Of a stretch of 64,000 nt of DNA, positions 8,459-17,504 are shown in pieces; the stretch's first letter is position 1; each line of letters begins with the position of its first letter. Source of the DNA: Burkholderiales bacterium (lineage in GTDB: Bacteria; Pseudomonadota; Gammaproteobacteria; Burkholderiales; SG8-41); contig DASPNJ010000083.1 of the NCBI GenBank assembly GCA_035626595.1, forward strand, positions 12,795 through 76,794, in the 5' to 3' direction. A program made the translations under genes and the position numbers. Under the pieces are notes generated by a model. It saw only the letters and a program-made list of their open reading frames with translations, ran no database searches and was not told where the DNA came from.

Positions 8459-10054
8459 TCAGATGTAACCGTCGAGGCGGTCGCTTTCGGTCAGATGCTT
8501 CGGCCGCTCGGCCGGCGGGCCATAGCCGCCGCCGCCCGGCGTGCGGAGCTCGATCATTTCACCGGATCGCACGACGTGCTGGACCTTGGGATCGACGCGC
8601 TTGCCGCCGATCAGGACTTCGCCCGGCGCGCCGGCTTCTCCACCTGCGATGCCGTGCGGGGCCGCCTCCGCGCGGGTGCGCTCGGCCATGAAGGTTGCGA
8701 TCGCCGGTGAGGTCGTCTCGAACAGGATCTCCTGTCCCGTACCACCGCGATAGCGCCCTTTTCCGCCGGTGCCCGAGCGGAAACGCCGGTGCCGCACCTT
8801 CAGCGGGGCGAGCTTTTCGATCATTTCCACCGGCGTCGAGGAGATGTTGCTGGGCCAGCTCAGAACGTTGATTCCGTCCCGATCGTGCGCGGCGCCGTAC
8901 CCGCCGTTCATGAAGAAGAGATTCGCGAACGTCTTCCCCTGCGGATCGACGCCGGAGAGATTGATGCACCACAACGGCGAGCCGACGGTCGCCATCACGC
9001 GGTCCGGCATTGCTTTCGCGAGCGCGCTGATCACCATCATCGGCAGGAAGTGACCGATGAGAGCGCGCGCGCCGCCGGCGGCCGGATGCTTCGAGTTGAG
9101 GATGGAACCCTCGGGGGCCGTGATCGTGATCGGACGCAGCACGCCGTCGTTGTTCGGCACCTCGGGCGAGAGCACCGCCTTCACGCCGTAGGCCGTGTAC
9201 GCGATCGTGTAGGCGAGGCAGACGTTGATCGAGCGCAGCACCTGCGGCGCCGAGCCCGCGTAATCGATCTCGATCGAATCGCCGCTTACGGTCATCTTCA
9301 TCTTGAGCTCGATCGGCTCGGCGAAGCCGTCGCTGATCGCCGTGTGCGTGTACACGCCGTCGGGCACCGCGCGGATCGCGTTGCGGATCGCCGCTTCGGA
9401 GCGGCTGTGGATCTCGTCCGCGAGCGCTTCGAGCGAGTCGAGCCCCTGCTCGCGCATGAGCGCCATCAGGCGCTGCTCCATGAGGTGAAGGCCGGTGAAC
9501 TGGGCGTAGAGGTCGCCCATCACCTGGTCCGGCACGCGCACGTTCTTGCGCACGAAGCGCTCGAACGTCTGGTCGATCTCGCCGCGGCGCATCACTTTCA
9601 TGATCGGAATCTGCAAGCCTTCCTCGAAGACTTCCTTCGATTCGGCGGAGCGGATCTTGCCGCCGATGTCCGGCGAGTGCGCCACCGATCCGGCGAACGC
9701 GACGATGCGGCCGTTCAGGAACACGGGCTTCGCGACCGTGATGTCCGGCAGGTGACCCGTGCCCTGCCAGATGTCGTTCGTGATGAGGATGTCGCCGGGC
9801 TCGAGCGTCTCCGGCGGGAACTCCTCGAGAAAATGCCGGATCGTGCGCGGCACGGTGCCGATGAACGACGGAATGCTGTCGTTCGCCTGCGCGATCGACT
9901 GCCCGCGCGCGTCGGTGAGCACGCACGCGAAATCGTTGGACTCGCGCACGATCGTCGAGAACGAGGTGCGCACCAGCGCGGCCGCGGCTTCGTCCACGAT
10001 TGAGACGAGGCGCGTCCAGATCATCTCCAGCGTTACGGCATTGAATGCAGACAC
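8459..10054 (-). CDS. hyuB: Hydantoinase/oxoprolinase family, B (alpha-type) subunit
   Basis: 531 aa with GTG start: LEMIWTRLVSIVDEAAAALVRTSFSTIVRESNDFACVLTDARGQ ... typical Hydantoinase_B layout. Confidence 0.9.
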   Translation of the reverse strand: MSAFNAVTLEMIWTRLVSIVDEAAAALVRTSFSTIVRESNDFACVLTDARGQSIAQANDSIPSFIGTVPRTIRHFLEEFPPETLEPGDILITNDIWQGTGHLPDITVAKPVFLNGRIVAFAGSVAHSPDIGGKIRSAESKEVFEEGLQIPIMKVMRRGEIDQTFERFVRKNVRVPDQVMGDLYAQFTGLHLMEQRLMALMREQGLDSLEALADEIHSRSEAAIRNAIRAVPDGVYTHTAISDGFAEPIELKMKMTVSGDSIEIDYAGSAPQVLRSINVCLAYTIAYTAYGVKAVLSPEVPNNDGVLRPITITAPEGSILNSKHPAAGGARALIGHFLPMMVISALAKAMPDRVMATVGSPLWCINLSGVDPQGKTFANLFFMNGGYGAAHDRDGINVLSWPSNISSTPVEMIEKLAPLKVRHRRFRSGTGGKGRYRGGTGQEILFETTSPAIATFMAERTRAEAAPHGIAGGEAGAPGEVLIGGKRVDPKVQHVVRSGEMIELRTPGGGGYGPPAERPKHLTESDRLDGYI

Positions 10055-10062
10055 TTATGTGC

Positions 10063-10092
10063 TTGACACCCGTTTGAACGCGGCATTACGGT
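10063..10092 (+). promoter_or_regulatory. Possible sigma70-type promoter for the Bug gene
   Basis: TTGACA at 10063-10068, an 18-nt spacer, then TACGGT at 10087-10092, in the hyuB/Bug divergent gap. The -10 element is weak. Confidence 0.2.
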
Positions 10093-10139
10093 AAGCGCAG
10101 CCGCTTGAAGAACAATTCCACTGCGAGGATACCCAAGAG

Positions 10140-11111
10140 ATGTCTATGCGTGTAACGACAGCGCTCGCGCTTGCGCTGCTCACCCCGGCGGCAATCGCCG
10201 CGGAAAAAGCCGAATATCCCACGCGCCCGATCCGACTGATTGTACCGTTCGCTCCCGGCGGCAGCGTCGATATCTCATCGCGTATTGTCGCCGCGCCGTT
10301 ATCGGAGATCCTCGGTCAGCAGGTCGTCGTGGACAATCGCGCGGGTGGCGGCGGCAGCATCGGCGCGACGCTCGTTGCGAAAGGCGCGGCCGACGGATAC
10401 ACGCTGCTCGCGGGCTCAAGCGGGTCGGTCACGGCGAACCCGGCGCTCTATTCCAAGCTGCCGTACGACCCTAACCGCGATTTCGCGCCGATCAGCATGA
10501 TCAACGTGACGCCGATGGCGATCATCACGCATCCCAGCGTCACCGTGACCTCGGTGAAGGACCTCGTCGCGCTGGCGCGCAGCCAGCCCGGGAAGATCAC
10601 GATGGCCTCTGCGGGAACCGGCAGCTCGAATCACCTGGCGATTGAGCTGTTCCAGCTCACCTCCGGCGCGAAGGTGCTGCACGTGCCTTACAAGGGCAGC
10701 GGCGCGGCGCTGGCCGAGCTCGTGGGTGGCCAGGTGCAGACGATGATCGACCAGATCGCCTCCTCGATCGGTTACGTGCGCGACGGCAGGCTTCGCATCC
10801 TCGCGGTGACGAGCCTCAACCGCTCGGGCGTGCTGCCCAACGTGCCGACGGCCGACGAGACCGGGCTCAAGGGATACGAGGCGGCGTCGTTCACCGGGAT
10901 CCTGGCGCCGGCGGGCACGCCAAAGCCGGTCGTGGACAAGCTTCACGCCGCGGTCGTCAAGGCGGCGACGCTCCCCGCCGTCACCGCCAAATTCAAGGAT
11001 ATGGCGGCGGATCCCAAGACCACGACGCCCGCGGAGTTCAGCACCTTCATCCGCAACGACATCGCCAAGTGGAAGAAAGTGACGAGCGCCGCCAACCTCA
11101 GGCTCGATTGA
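10140..11111 (+). CDS. Bug family (TctC-like) tripartite tricarboxylate transporter substrate-binding protein
   Basis: Signal peptide, then YPTRPIRLIVPFAPGGSVD ... VVDNRAGGGG ... VPYKGSG ... EFSTFIRNDIAKW. Confidence 0.9.
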   Translation: MSMRVTTALALALLTPAAIAAEKAEYPTRPIRLIVPFAPGGSVDISSRIVAAPLSEILGQQVVVDNRAGGGGSIGATLVAKGAADGYTLLAGSSGSVTANPALYSKLPYDPNRDFAPISMINVTPMAIITHPSVTVTSVKDLVALARSQPGKITMASAGTGSSNHLAIELFQLTSGAKVLHVPYKGSGAALAELVGGQVQTMIDQIASSIGYVRDGRLRILAVTSLNRSGVLPNVPTADETGLKGYEAASFTGILAPAGTPKPVVDKLHAAVVKAATLPAVTAKFKDMAADPKTTTPAEFSTFIRNDIAKWKKVTSAANLRLD

Positions 11112-11118
11112 CCGAACG

Positions 11119-11874
11119 ATGGACAACAACGTGAGGCGCATCGGCGTGCTGGCACCGCCGGGCAACGTCGCGATGGAGCGCGAGCTGCCGATGTATCTGC
11201 CGGCCGGCATCGTCGTGAACCACAACCGGCTGTCGCGGCCGAGCCCCGATGTGACGAAGGAGTCGCTGACGCTCATGATGGCGTCGGTCGACCAGGCGGC
11301 GCGCGATCTCGCGATGGCGTGGCCGCAGCCCGAAGTGATGCTCTTCGGCTGCACGAGCGGCAGCTTCGTGAGCGGCCCCGGGACCGAGGAAGAAGCCGCA
11401 TCGAAGATCACGCGCATCACGGGCATACCCGCGTACACGACCTCGCAGGCGGTGATCATGGCGCTGCAAACGGTGCGCGCTCGCCGGGTGCTGCTCGTGA
11501 CGCCCTACATAGACGACGTGAACGCGCACGAGATCGCGTTTCTCCGGCACCGCGACATCGCCGTCGAGGCGTGTCCCTCGTTCGGCTGCCTCGACACGCG
11601 CGATATCGCGAAGATCGCGTCCGAAGCGGTGCGCGACCTCGTGCTCGAGCACGCGGAGACTGCAAAGCGCTGCGACGCGGTGTTCATCAGTTGCACGAAC
11701 CTGCTGACGATGGACCAGATCGACACGCTCGAGGAAACGCTGGGGCGCGCGGTGGTCACGTCGAACCAGTGCACGCTGTGGGCGGCGCTGCGGCACATGC
11801 GCGTCGACGCCAGCGCGTGCGGTCCCGGCCGGCTCTTCAAGTCCATGCGCGAAGACGCGAGCCTGGCCGCATGA
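11119..11874 (+). CDS. Maleate cis-trans isomerase / arylmalonate decarboxylase family (Asp/Glu racemase superfamily) protein, paralogue 1
   Basis: RIGVLAPPGNVAMEREL, with two Cys motifs: LFGCTSGSF and FISCTNLLT. Confidence 0.75.
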   Translation: MDNNVRRIGVLAPPGNVAMERELPMYLPAGIVVNHNRLSRPSPDVTKESLTLMMASVDQAARDLAMAWPQPEVMLFGCTSGSFVSGPGTEEEAASKITRITGIPAYTTSQAVIMALQTVRARRVLLVTPYIDDVNAHEIAFLRHRDIAVEACPSFGCLDTRDIAKIASEAVRDLVLEHAETAKRCDAVFISCTNLLTMDQIDTLEETLGRAVVTSNQCTLWAALRHMRVDASACGPGRLFKSMREDASLAA

Positions 11875-12629
11875 ACAACGCTCAACGCCGTATCGGTGTG
11901 CTGCTCCCGCCCGGGAACGTGGCGGTCGAGCGCGAATTCGGCCGCTACGCGCCGGAGAGCGTCGCGGTGAGCTACAACCGCATGTCGCGTCCGGTCTCGA
12001 AATCGACGAAGAGCTCGCTGCTCTCGATGATTCCATCGCTCGAGCGCGCCGCGGTCGATCTGGCACAGGTGCACCCCGAAGTCATCCTCTTCGCCTGCAC
12101 GAGCGGGAGCTTTCTCGAAGGCCGCGGCAAGGAAGACGAGATCGCGCGGCGCATCACGAGCTACACCGGCATTCCGGCGATCACCACGTCGGTCGCGGTA
12201 ACGGCCGCCCTGGACGTGCTCGGTATTCGCCGCGCTTTCATGATCACGCCGTATCCGGACGACATCAACGAAGAGGAAGTCGAGTTTCTGGCGCACTATG
12301 GTGTGGAAGTTCCGGCCTACGATTCGTTCCGCTGCGAAGTGACGGAGCTCACCGCCGCGGTGCCCTCGGAGGAGGTCACGGCGATGGCGCTGCGCCACCG
12401 CCGTGAGATCGCGGAATGCGACGGCCTCTTCATCAGTTGCACGCAGCTCCTGACGATGGACCAGATCGATCGGCTGGAGCGCGAGCTCGACGTGCCGGTG
12501 GTCACGTCCAACCAGGCGACGCTGTGGGCGGCGCTCACGTTTCTGAAAGTTCCCACGGAAGGCCTTGCGGCCGGCCGGCTGTTCAGCAGCGCGCGCGCAG
12601 TGCGCCCAGGAGTCGGCACCCCCGCGTAG
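11871..12629 (+). CDS. Maleate cis-trans isomerase family protein, paralogue 2
   Basis: RIGVLLPPGNVAVEREF, LFACTSGSF, FISCTQLLT. Its ATG overlaps the stop of paralogue 1 (ATGA). The listed 436-aa ORF starts inside the upstream gene in another frame. Confidence 0.75.
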   Translation: MNNAQRRIGVLLPPGNVAVEREFGRYAPESVAVSYNRMSRPVSKSTKSSLLSMIPSLERAAVDLAQVHPEVILFACTSGSFLEGRGKEDEIARRITSYTGIPAITTSVAVTAALDVLGIRRAFMITPYPDDINEEEVEFLAHYGVEVPAYDSFRCEVTELTAAVPSEEVTAMALRHRREIAECDGLFISCTQLLTMDQIDRLERELDVPVVTSNQATLWAALTFLKVPTEGLAAGRLFSSARAVRPGVGTPA

Positions 12630-12636
12630 AAGCACT

Positions 12637-12743
12637 GTCGTTGCGAGGTGGAGCCATGCTCCGCCGAAGCAATCCCGTTGCGAACGTGCGTTTGCGTGCG
12701 CCACGAGATCGCCACGCCGCGCCTGCACGCGGCTCGCGATGAC
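12637..12743 (+). repeat. Family C MITE-like element, full copy
   Basis: GTCGTTGCGAGG ... GAAGCAATCC ... GTGCGCCACGAGATCGCCACGCC ... CTCGCGATGAC. Lies between convergent stops 12629 and 12753. Confidence 0.85.
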
Positions 12744-12752
12744 ACCGTATGG

Positions 12753-13367
12753 TTAGCCGCCGGCGGGTGTTTCTCGCCGGCTTGTGAAGCGGAACACGGC
12801 TTTCAGGCCGCGCCAGACTTTCGGGAGCAGCCAGATCATCAGCGCGACGAAGAGCGCGAGCGCGATCAGGAATGCAACGGGGTGCTGAAACGCGAACCAG
12901 ATCGCGCCGAGCACCAGGACGTCCTCGCCAAAGGAAGCGCCCCAGTTGGTGAACGGCTCGGGTGAAGTGTTGATGAGCGCGCGTGCGCCCGCCTTCGTCA
13001 GATGCGTTCCGGCCGTAATCGTCCCGCCGAGCAATCCCGCCGCGACCGTGAGCGCGCTCAGCGTATCGCCCGTCGCGCCGGCGGCGAGCAGCGCGCCGGC
13101 CGGAATGCGTATGAACGTGTGGATCGCGTCCCACAGGCTGTCGATCGCCGGAACCTTGTCCACCGTGAATTCCATGAGCAGCATCATGCCGGCGGCGCCG
13201 AGCACCCACGGATGCTGGAGGACGTGCAAGCCCGCCGGCAGCTCCACGTAGCCGAGGTAGCCGGCGAGGCCGACGACGAAGATCGCGAGATACAGCCGCA
13301 CGCCGCTCGCCCACGCCAGCAGTGAAGCCAGCGCGAGCGCCTGGATCGTGCCCCATTCGGTGATCAT
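12753..13367 (-). CDS. DUF4126-like integral membrane protein
   Basis: 204 aa with several hydrophobic helices (LALASLLAWASGVRLYLAIFVVGLAGYLGY ...). Its start codon directly abuts the stop of the upstream GGDEF gene. Confidence 0.55.
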   Translation of the reverse strand: MITEWGTIQALALASLLAWASGVRLYLAIFVVGLAGYLGYVELPAGLHVLQHPWVLGAAGMMLLMEFTVDKVPAIDSLWDAIHTFIRIPAGALLAAGATGDTLSALTVAAGLLGGTITAGTHLTKAGARALINTSPEPFTNWGASFGEDVLVLGAIWFAFQHPVAFLIALALFVALMIWLLPKVWRGLKAVFRFTSRRETPAGG

Positions 13368-14447
13368 CTAAGGCTGGAGTAACGGCTCAGCGCGGGGTGC
13401 CGTGTACTCTACCCGGTCACGGCCGGCCTGCTTCGCTCGATAGAGCGCCGCATCCGCGCCGGCGACGATGGCGTCGCCGGCCGTGTTGCGGTTGCACTCC
13501 TGCACGCCGATCGACACCGTGACGGCGAGTCCCGGATGCGTCGAGCCCCACTTAGCTGCTCGCGTGGCCTCACGGATACGTTCGGCGACGATGACGCCCG
13601 GGGCGAGCGCCGTGTCGGGCAGGATCAGCAGGAACTCTTCCCCGCCATAGCGCCCGAGGTAATCCGCTGGGCGTATCTGCTGCTTCACCAGTGTCGCAAA
13701 GCGCCTCAGAACTTCGTCGCCCGTTGCATGGCCATACGTGTCGTTGATCGACTTGAAGCGATCGAGGTCGAGCATCAGCACGCAGAACGCGCCGCCGCGC
13801 CGCGCCACGCGCGCCGTCTCCCCGGCGAGCATGTCAGCCATGTGCCGGCGGTTGTAGACGGCCGTGAGCTCGTCGCGCACCGCGAGCGTCCGCAGGCGCC
13901 GTCGCATGTCGCTGATGTAGCCGGCGACCTGAGCGAACCACAGCAGCACCACGACCAGAACGACCCACTGGACGAGCTCGATGTGCAACTCGTCGGGATC
14001 AAGGCCGCGGTTCTGGAGCAGCGCGATCGACATCGCATGCGCCGCCAGCACGGGCGCGATGATGATGAGCAACTGGCCCGTGCTCAGCCTGAAGACGGCG
14101 AACAGCATGGCCATGATGTAGACCAGCAGGAACGCACCCCGCGCCGCCTCGAGATGGAAATTGACGTAGACCAGCACCGCGACGGCCGAGCTCACCTGCG
14201 CGAACGTGAGGCTCGGGTCGGCGAACCGCAGGTTGAGCCCCATGCGGAAGACGGCGTAGAAGAAGACGACCAGCCAGGTGATGGCCGCCACGGCGATCGC
14301 GTACGGACGTCCGGGCAAATAGCCTTCGTGCCAGTAGAACGTCAGGAGGAGTATCACCAGCGCCGAGCTGGCCGCGGCCATCAGCGTGCGGTTGATGCGC
14401 AGTGCCTGATGCGCGTCTACGGGCACATGGCTCATCAACCGCCTCAT
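13368..14447 (-). CDS. Membrane-anchored diguanylate cyclase (GGDEF domain)
   Basis: About six N-terminal TM helices, then LTAVYNRRH ... LDLDRFKSINDTYGH ... RPADYLGRYGGEEF (RxxD I-site plus GGEEF). Only the last 359 codons of the 1032-aa ORF are credible. Confidence 0.85.
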   Translation of the reverse strand: MRRLMSHVPVDAHQALRINRTLMAAASSALVILLLTFYWHEGYLPGRPYAIAVAAITWLVVFFYAVFRMGLNLRFADPSLTFAQVSSAVAVLVYVNFHLEAARGAFLLVYIMAMLFAVFRLSTGQLLIIIAPVLAAHAMSIALLQNRGLDPDELHIELVQWVVLVVVLLWFAQVAGYISDMRRRLRTLAVRDELTAVYNRRHMADMLAGETARVARRGGAFCVLMLDLDRFKSINDTYGHATGDEVLRRFATLVKQQIRPADYLGRYGGEEFLLILPDTALAPGVIVAERIREATRAAKWGSTHPGLAVTVSIGVQECNRNTAGDAIVAGADAALYRAKQAGRDRVEYTAPRAEPLLQP

Positions 14448-14624
14448 TTCGAATTGTTGTGCATTCGCCGCGAGACTGAATGGCAGGTCTAGGCAACGGT
14501 CGTGCCGAATCGCGCTGGATCGGGCACACTCTCGCTGCCGCATCAACGATACCGTGCGCGGGGAAGGCTGTGAGTCAGGGACTCTCCTACACGCGCGCGG
14601 AAAATTACCGCAGGAGAACGACGA

Positions 14625-15392
14625 ATGAGTTACGAGCACATCCTTGTCGACGTCGAAGACGCCGTCGCGACGATCACCATGAACCGCCCGAACCAGCTCA
14701 ACGCGATGAACCGCAGGTTGAACCAGGAGCTCTACGACGCGGTGAAGAAAGCGGAAGCGGACGAGGCGATCGGCTGCATCGTCATCACCGGCGCGGGAGA
14801 GAAGGCATTTTCCGCCGGCGGCGACATCAAGGAGCAGCTTTCGGACGATGAGAAGTACTCCGACGAAGAGCTGGATTCGAAACGCACGAAGGCGCGCTAC
14901 GAGATCTCCGCGTGCGCGAAGCCGACGATCGGCATGATGAACGGTCTCGCCTACGGCGGGGCCGCGGTGCTTGCCTCCTCGCTCGACATGCGCATCGGCT
15001 GCGAAGGCACGAAGTTCCGCTTTCTCGCGGCGGCCTACGGCCGCATCAACAGCACGTGGACGCTGCCGAACCAGGTCGGCTGGCCGGTCGCGAAGGAGCT
15101 GCTGTTTTCGGCGCGTATCGTCGAAGCCGAAGAGGCGTATCGCATCGGCCTGCTCAACCACCTCGTGCCGCGCGCGCAACTGCGCGAGAAGACGATGTGG
15201 CTTGCGAAGATGATCGCAGCCAATCACCGCCGGGCTGTCGCCGGCATCAAGCAGCTCATGCTGAAACAGATGAACCAGGACCTGGAGACGCAGTACGACA
15301 GCGAGGTCGAATACACGACGCACGTGCTGCGCGGGGCGAAGGCGAAGCAAGCTTTCCCCGAGTTCATCGCCCGCAAGGGCCTGAAGGCGTAG
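14625..15392 (+). CDS. Enoyl-CoA hydratase/isomerase family protein
   Basis: ATITMNRPNQLNAMN ... IVITGAGEKAFSAGGDI ... MNGLAYGGA. Confidence 0.9.
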   Translation: MSYEHILVDVEDAVATITMNRPNQLNAMNRRLNQELYDAVKKAEADEAIGCIVITGAGEKAFSAGGDIKEQLSDDEKYSDEELDSKRTKARYEISACAKPTIGMMNGLAYGGAAVLASSLDMRIGCEGTKFRFLAAAYGRINSTWTLPNQVGWPVAKELLFSARIVEAEEAYRIGLLNHLVPRAQLREKTMWLAKMIAANHRRAVAGIKQLMLKQMNQDLETQYDSEVEYTTHVLRGAKAKQAFPEFIARKGLKA

Positions 15393-15403
15393 CAATAACG
15401 TAC

Positions 15404-15455
15404 GGTGGGCGCAGCCCACGCTACGTCGGTCATCCCGGCGCAGGCCGGGATCCAG
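15404..15455 (+). repeat. Composite repeat: REP-A variant (GGTGGGC-GCA-GCCCAC-GCTACG) plus family B hairpin (GTCATCCCGGCGCAGGCCGGGATCCAG)
   Basis: Read directly. It sits between the hydratase stop and the TPP-enzyme start and produces the spurious VIPAQAGIQ N-terminal extension of ORF 15405. Confidence 0.75.
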
Positions 15456-15476
15456 AACATCCACGGAGAAGACGAG

Positions 15477-17162
15477 ATGGCAGTCATGACAGCAGGAGCC
15501 GCGGTAGTCGAAGCGCTGCGCGCCGAGGGCGTCGATTACATGTTCGGCATTTGCGGCAGCACTACGAACAACATCCTGACCGAGCTGCACGGCCGCAGCG
15601 ACCTGAAGTTCATCGATACGCGGCACGAGCAGAACGCAGCGCTGATGGCGCACGGCTACGCGCGGGCGTCCGCAAAGCCGGCGGTGTGTCTGACGACGTC
15701 GGGTCCTGCCACGATCAATCTGCTCTCCGGCATCGCGCTCGCTTACAAGGGCCGCGCGCCGGTCGTCGTGATCGCCGGCGACGTGAGCACGGATCACCTC
15801 GACCGCGACGGCAATCAGTCGTTCGATCTCGTGAGCCTGTTCAAGCCGGTGACGTTCATGGCGCGCCACGTGCACAAGACCGAGCGTGTGATCGAAGCGA
15901 TACACGATGCCTTCCGCACCGCGATGTCCGGAAAGCGCGGCCCCGTCATGCTGAATATCCCCCGCGACCTGCTCGATCACACGACCATCGACTACGCACC
16001 GGCTGCGCCCGGCGCCTACCGCGCGACCGCGCAGCGCACGCGCGGCGACGATGGCGCGGTGCGAGAGGCCGCGGCGCTGCTGGCGGCGGCGGAGCGGCCC
16101 GTGCTGATGGCGGGCAGCGGTGTGATCGATTCGGAAGCGACAGCCGAAGCGGTGAAGCTCGCCGAAGCGCTCGGCATGGCGCTCGTTCCGGCGTACGGCC
16201 ACAACGACACGGTGCCGAACAGCCATCCGCTCTACGTCGGCATCCCCGGCGGGCGCGGTGCGCCCGAGGCCGCCGAGGCGATCCATCGCGCCGACGTGCT
16301 CCTCGCGCTCGGATCGCGGCTGAGCCAGTCCTCCACCGGCTGGGACAACGGCATCATCAATCCGGCAACGCGAATCGTGCAGATCGATATCGACGCGGCG
16401 GAGGTCGGCCGCAACTTCCCGGTGAAGGTCGGCATCGTCGGCGACGCGAAAGCGGTCGCGCTGCAATTACTCGAAGCATTGCCGGGCGGCGAGCGTCGCA
16501 CGAACACCGCCTGGCGCACCGAGATCGCCGCGTTGAAGGAGAAGCGGCAGGCGCGGCTCCGGAAAGAGAGCGAGCTGACCGGCGATCCGATGATGCCGCA
16601 GCGCGTCTTCCCCGAGCTGCGCAAAGTCATGCCGCGCGATTGCATGGTGACGATCGACGCCGGCACGTGTCCCGGACTCGCCTACGACCGCCTCGATTTC
16701 GAATCGCCGCGCACCTTGCACAACTACTTCGGACATGGCGCGCTCGGCATGGGACTGCCGGTCGGCATCGGCACGAAGATCGGCCGTCCGGACCGGCCGG
16801 CGCTGGTCCTGCACGGCGACGGCGGGTTCCTGTACGCGGCGACCGAGATCAACACGGCGGTGCGCCATCGCATTCCGCACGTGACCGTTGTTCTGAACAA
16901 TAGCTGCCACGGGTCCGAGAAAGCGCAGCAGATGCGCCAGTGGAAGGAGCGCTACGTCGGCGTCGACCTCGAGAACCCGCGGTTCGACAAGCTCGGCGAA
17001 GTCCTCGGTGCGCGCGGCTTCTACGTCACGCGGCCTGACGAGATCGCGGATGCGGTAAAGACCGCGTTCGCGCACGACGGTCCCGCGGTGGTCGAGATCC
17101 CCGTCGCGCAGCACTTCCCGCCGCGCGCGGCCACACCGGGCAAAAGCAAAGGCGGACACTGA
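15477..17162 (+). CDS. Thiamine diphosphate-dependent enzyme (acetolactate synthase large subunit-like family)
   Basis: AVVEALRAEGVDYMFGICGSTTNNIL ... GDGGFLYAATEINTAVRHRIPHVTVVLNN (GDG-x-NN ThDP motif). GGAG lies 8 nt upstream of the ATG at 15477. Confidence 0.85.
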   Translation: MAVMTAGAAVVEALRAEGVDYMFGICGSTTNNILTELHGRSDLKFIDTRHEQNAALMAHGYARASAKPAVCLTTSGPATINLLSGIALAYKGRAPVVVIAGDVSTDHLDRDGNQSFDLVSLFKPVTFMARHVHKTERVIEAIHDAFRTAMSGKRGPVMLNIPRDLLDHTTIDYAPAAPGAYRATAQRTRGDDGAVREAAALLAAAERPVLMAGSGVIDSEATAEAVKLAEALGMALVPAYGHNDTVPNSHPLYVGIPGGRGAPEAAEAIHRADVLLALGSRLSQSSTGWDNGIINPATRIVQIDIDAAEVGRNFPVKVGIVGDAKAVALQLLEALPGGERRTNTAWRTEIAALKEKRQARLRKESELTGDPMMPQRVFPELRKVMPRDCMVTIDAGTCPGLAYDRLDFESPRTLHNYFGHGALGMGLPVGIGTKIGRPDRPALVLHGDGGFLYAATEINTAVRHRIPHVTVVLNNSCHGSEKAQQMRQWKERYVGVDLENPRFDKLGEVLGARGFYVTRPDEIADAVKTAFAHDGPAVVEIPVAQHFPPRAATPGKSKGGH

Positions 17163-17165
17163 TCT

Positions 17166-17189
17166 GGTGCGCTATCAGCGCACCCTACG
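17166..17189 (+). repeat. REP family A copy
   Basis: GGTGCGCTATCAGCGCACCCTACG, 4 nt after the ThDP-enzyme stop. Confidence 0.9.
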
Positions 17190-17291
17190 GACTGGTATAT
17201 CCAGATCCACGATGATTCGACCTGCGTTTCCGAACGAGCAAACAAGCGGCAGAGGAAGCCGGTAGGCACGCGCAGCCGGGATGATGGCTTC

Positions 17292-17452
17292 GCGCGGCGG
17301 AGGCGAGCCGGCGCGCCGATTTGAGCCGCAGTCATCGAAGTGCGCCGTTCGTGGCGGGTGGTCGTGTGTTGACCGCCCGCCGCGAACGGGGTTTCGCACT
17401 TCGAGGACGGGTTTGCGGCTCCATGAGGCGAGTCGGATCGCCTCCGCCGCGC
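17292..17452. other. ~160-nt extended imperfect hairpin (candidate structured RNA or MITE)
   Basis: Nested complementary arms: 17292-17306/17438-17452, 17323-17344/17395-17421, 17345-17363/17371-17389 (two G-U positions); apex loop at 17364-17370. No credible ORF. Confidence 0.6.
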
Positions 17453-17504
17453 CGGTGCGCCAGGCACCGAACGAACCTGCATCGCTTGCGGCGCAGCGAT
17501 GTGT

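Noticed and set aside
13368-16466. 1032-aa minus-strand ORF, the longest in the track
   Set aside because: Only its last 359 codons (13368..14447) form a coherent TM-plus-GGDEF protein. The rest is Arg/Ala/Asp-rich low-complexity sequence lying antisense to two well-supported plus-strand genes (hydratase, ThDP enzyme). This is the typical open antisense frame of GC-rich DNA.
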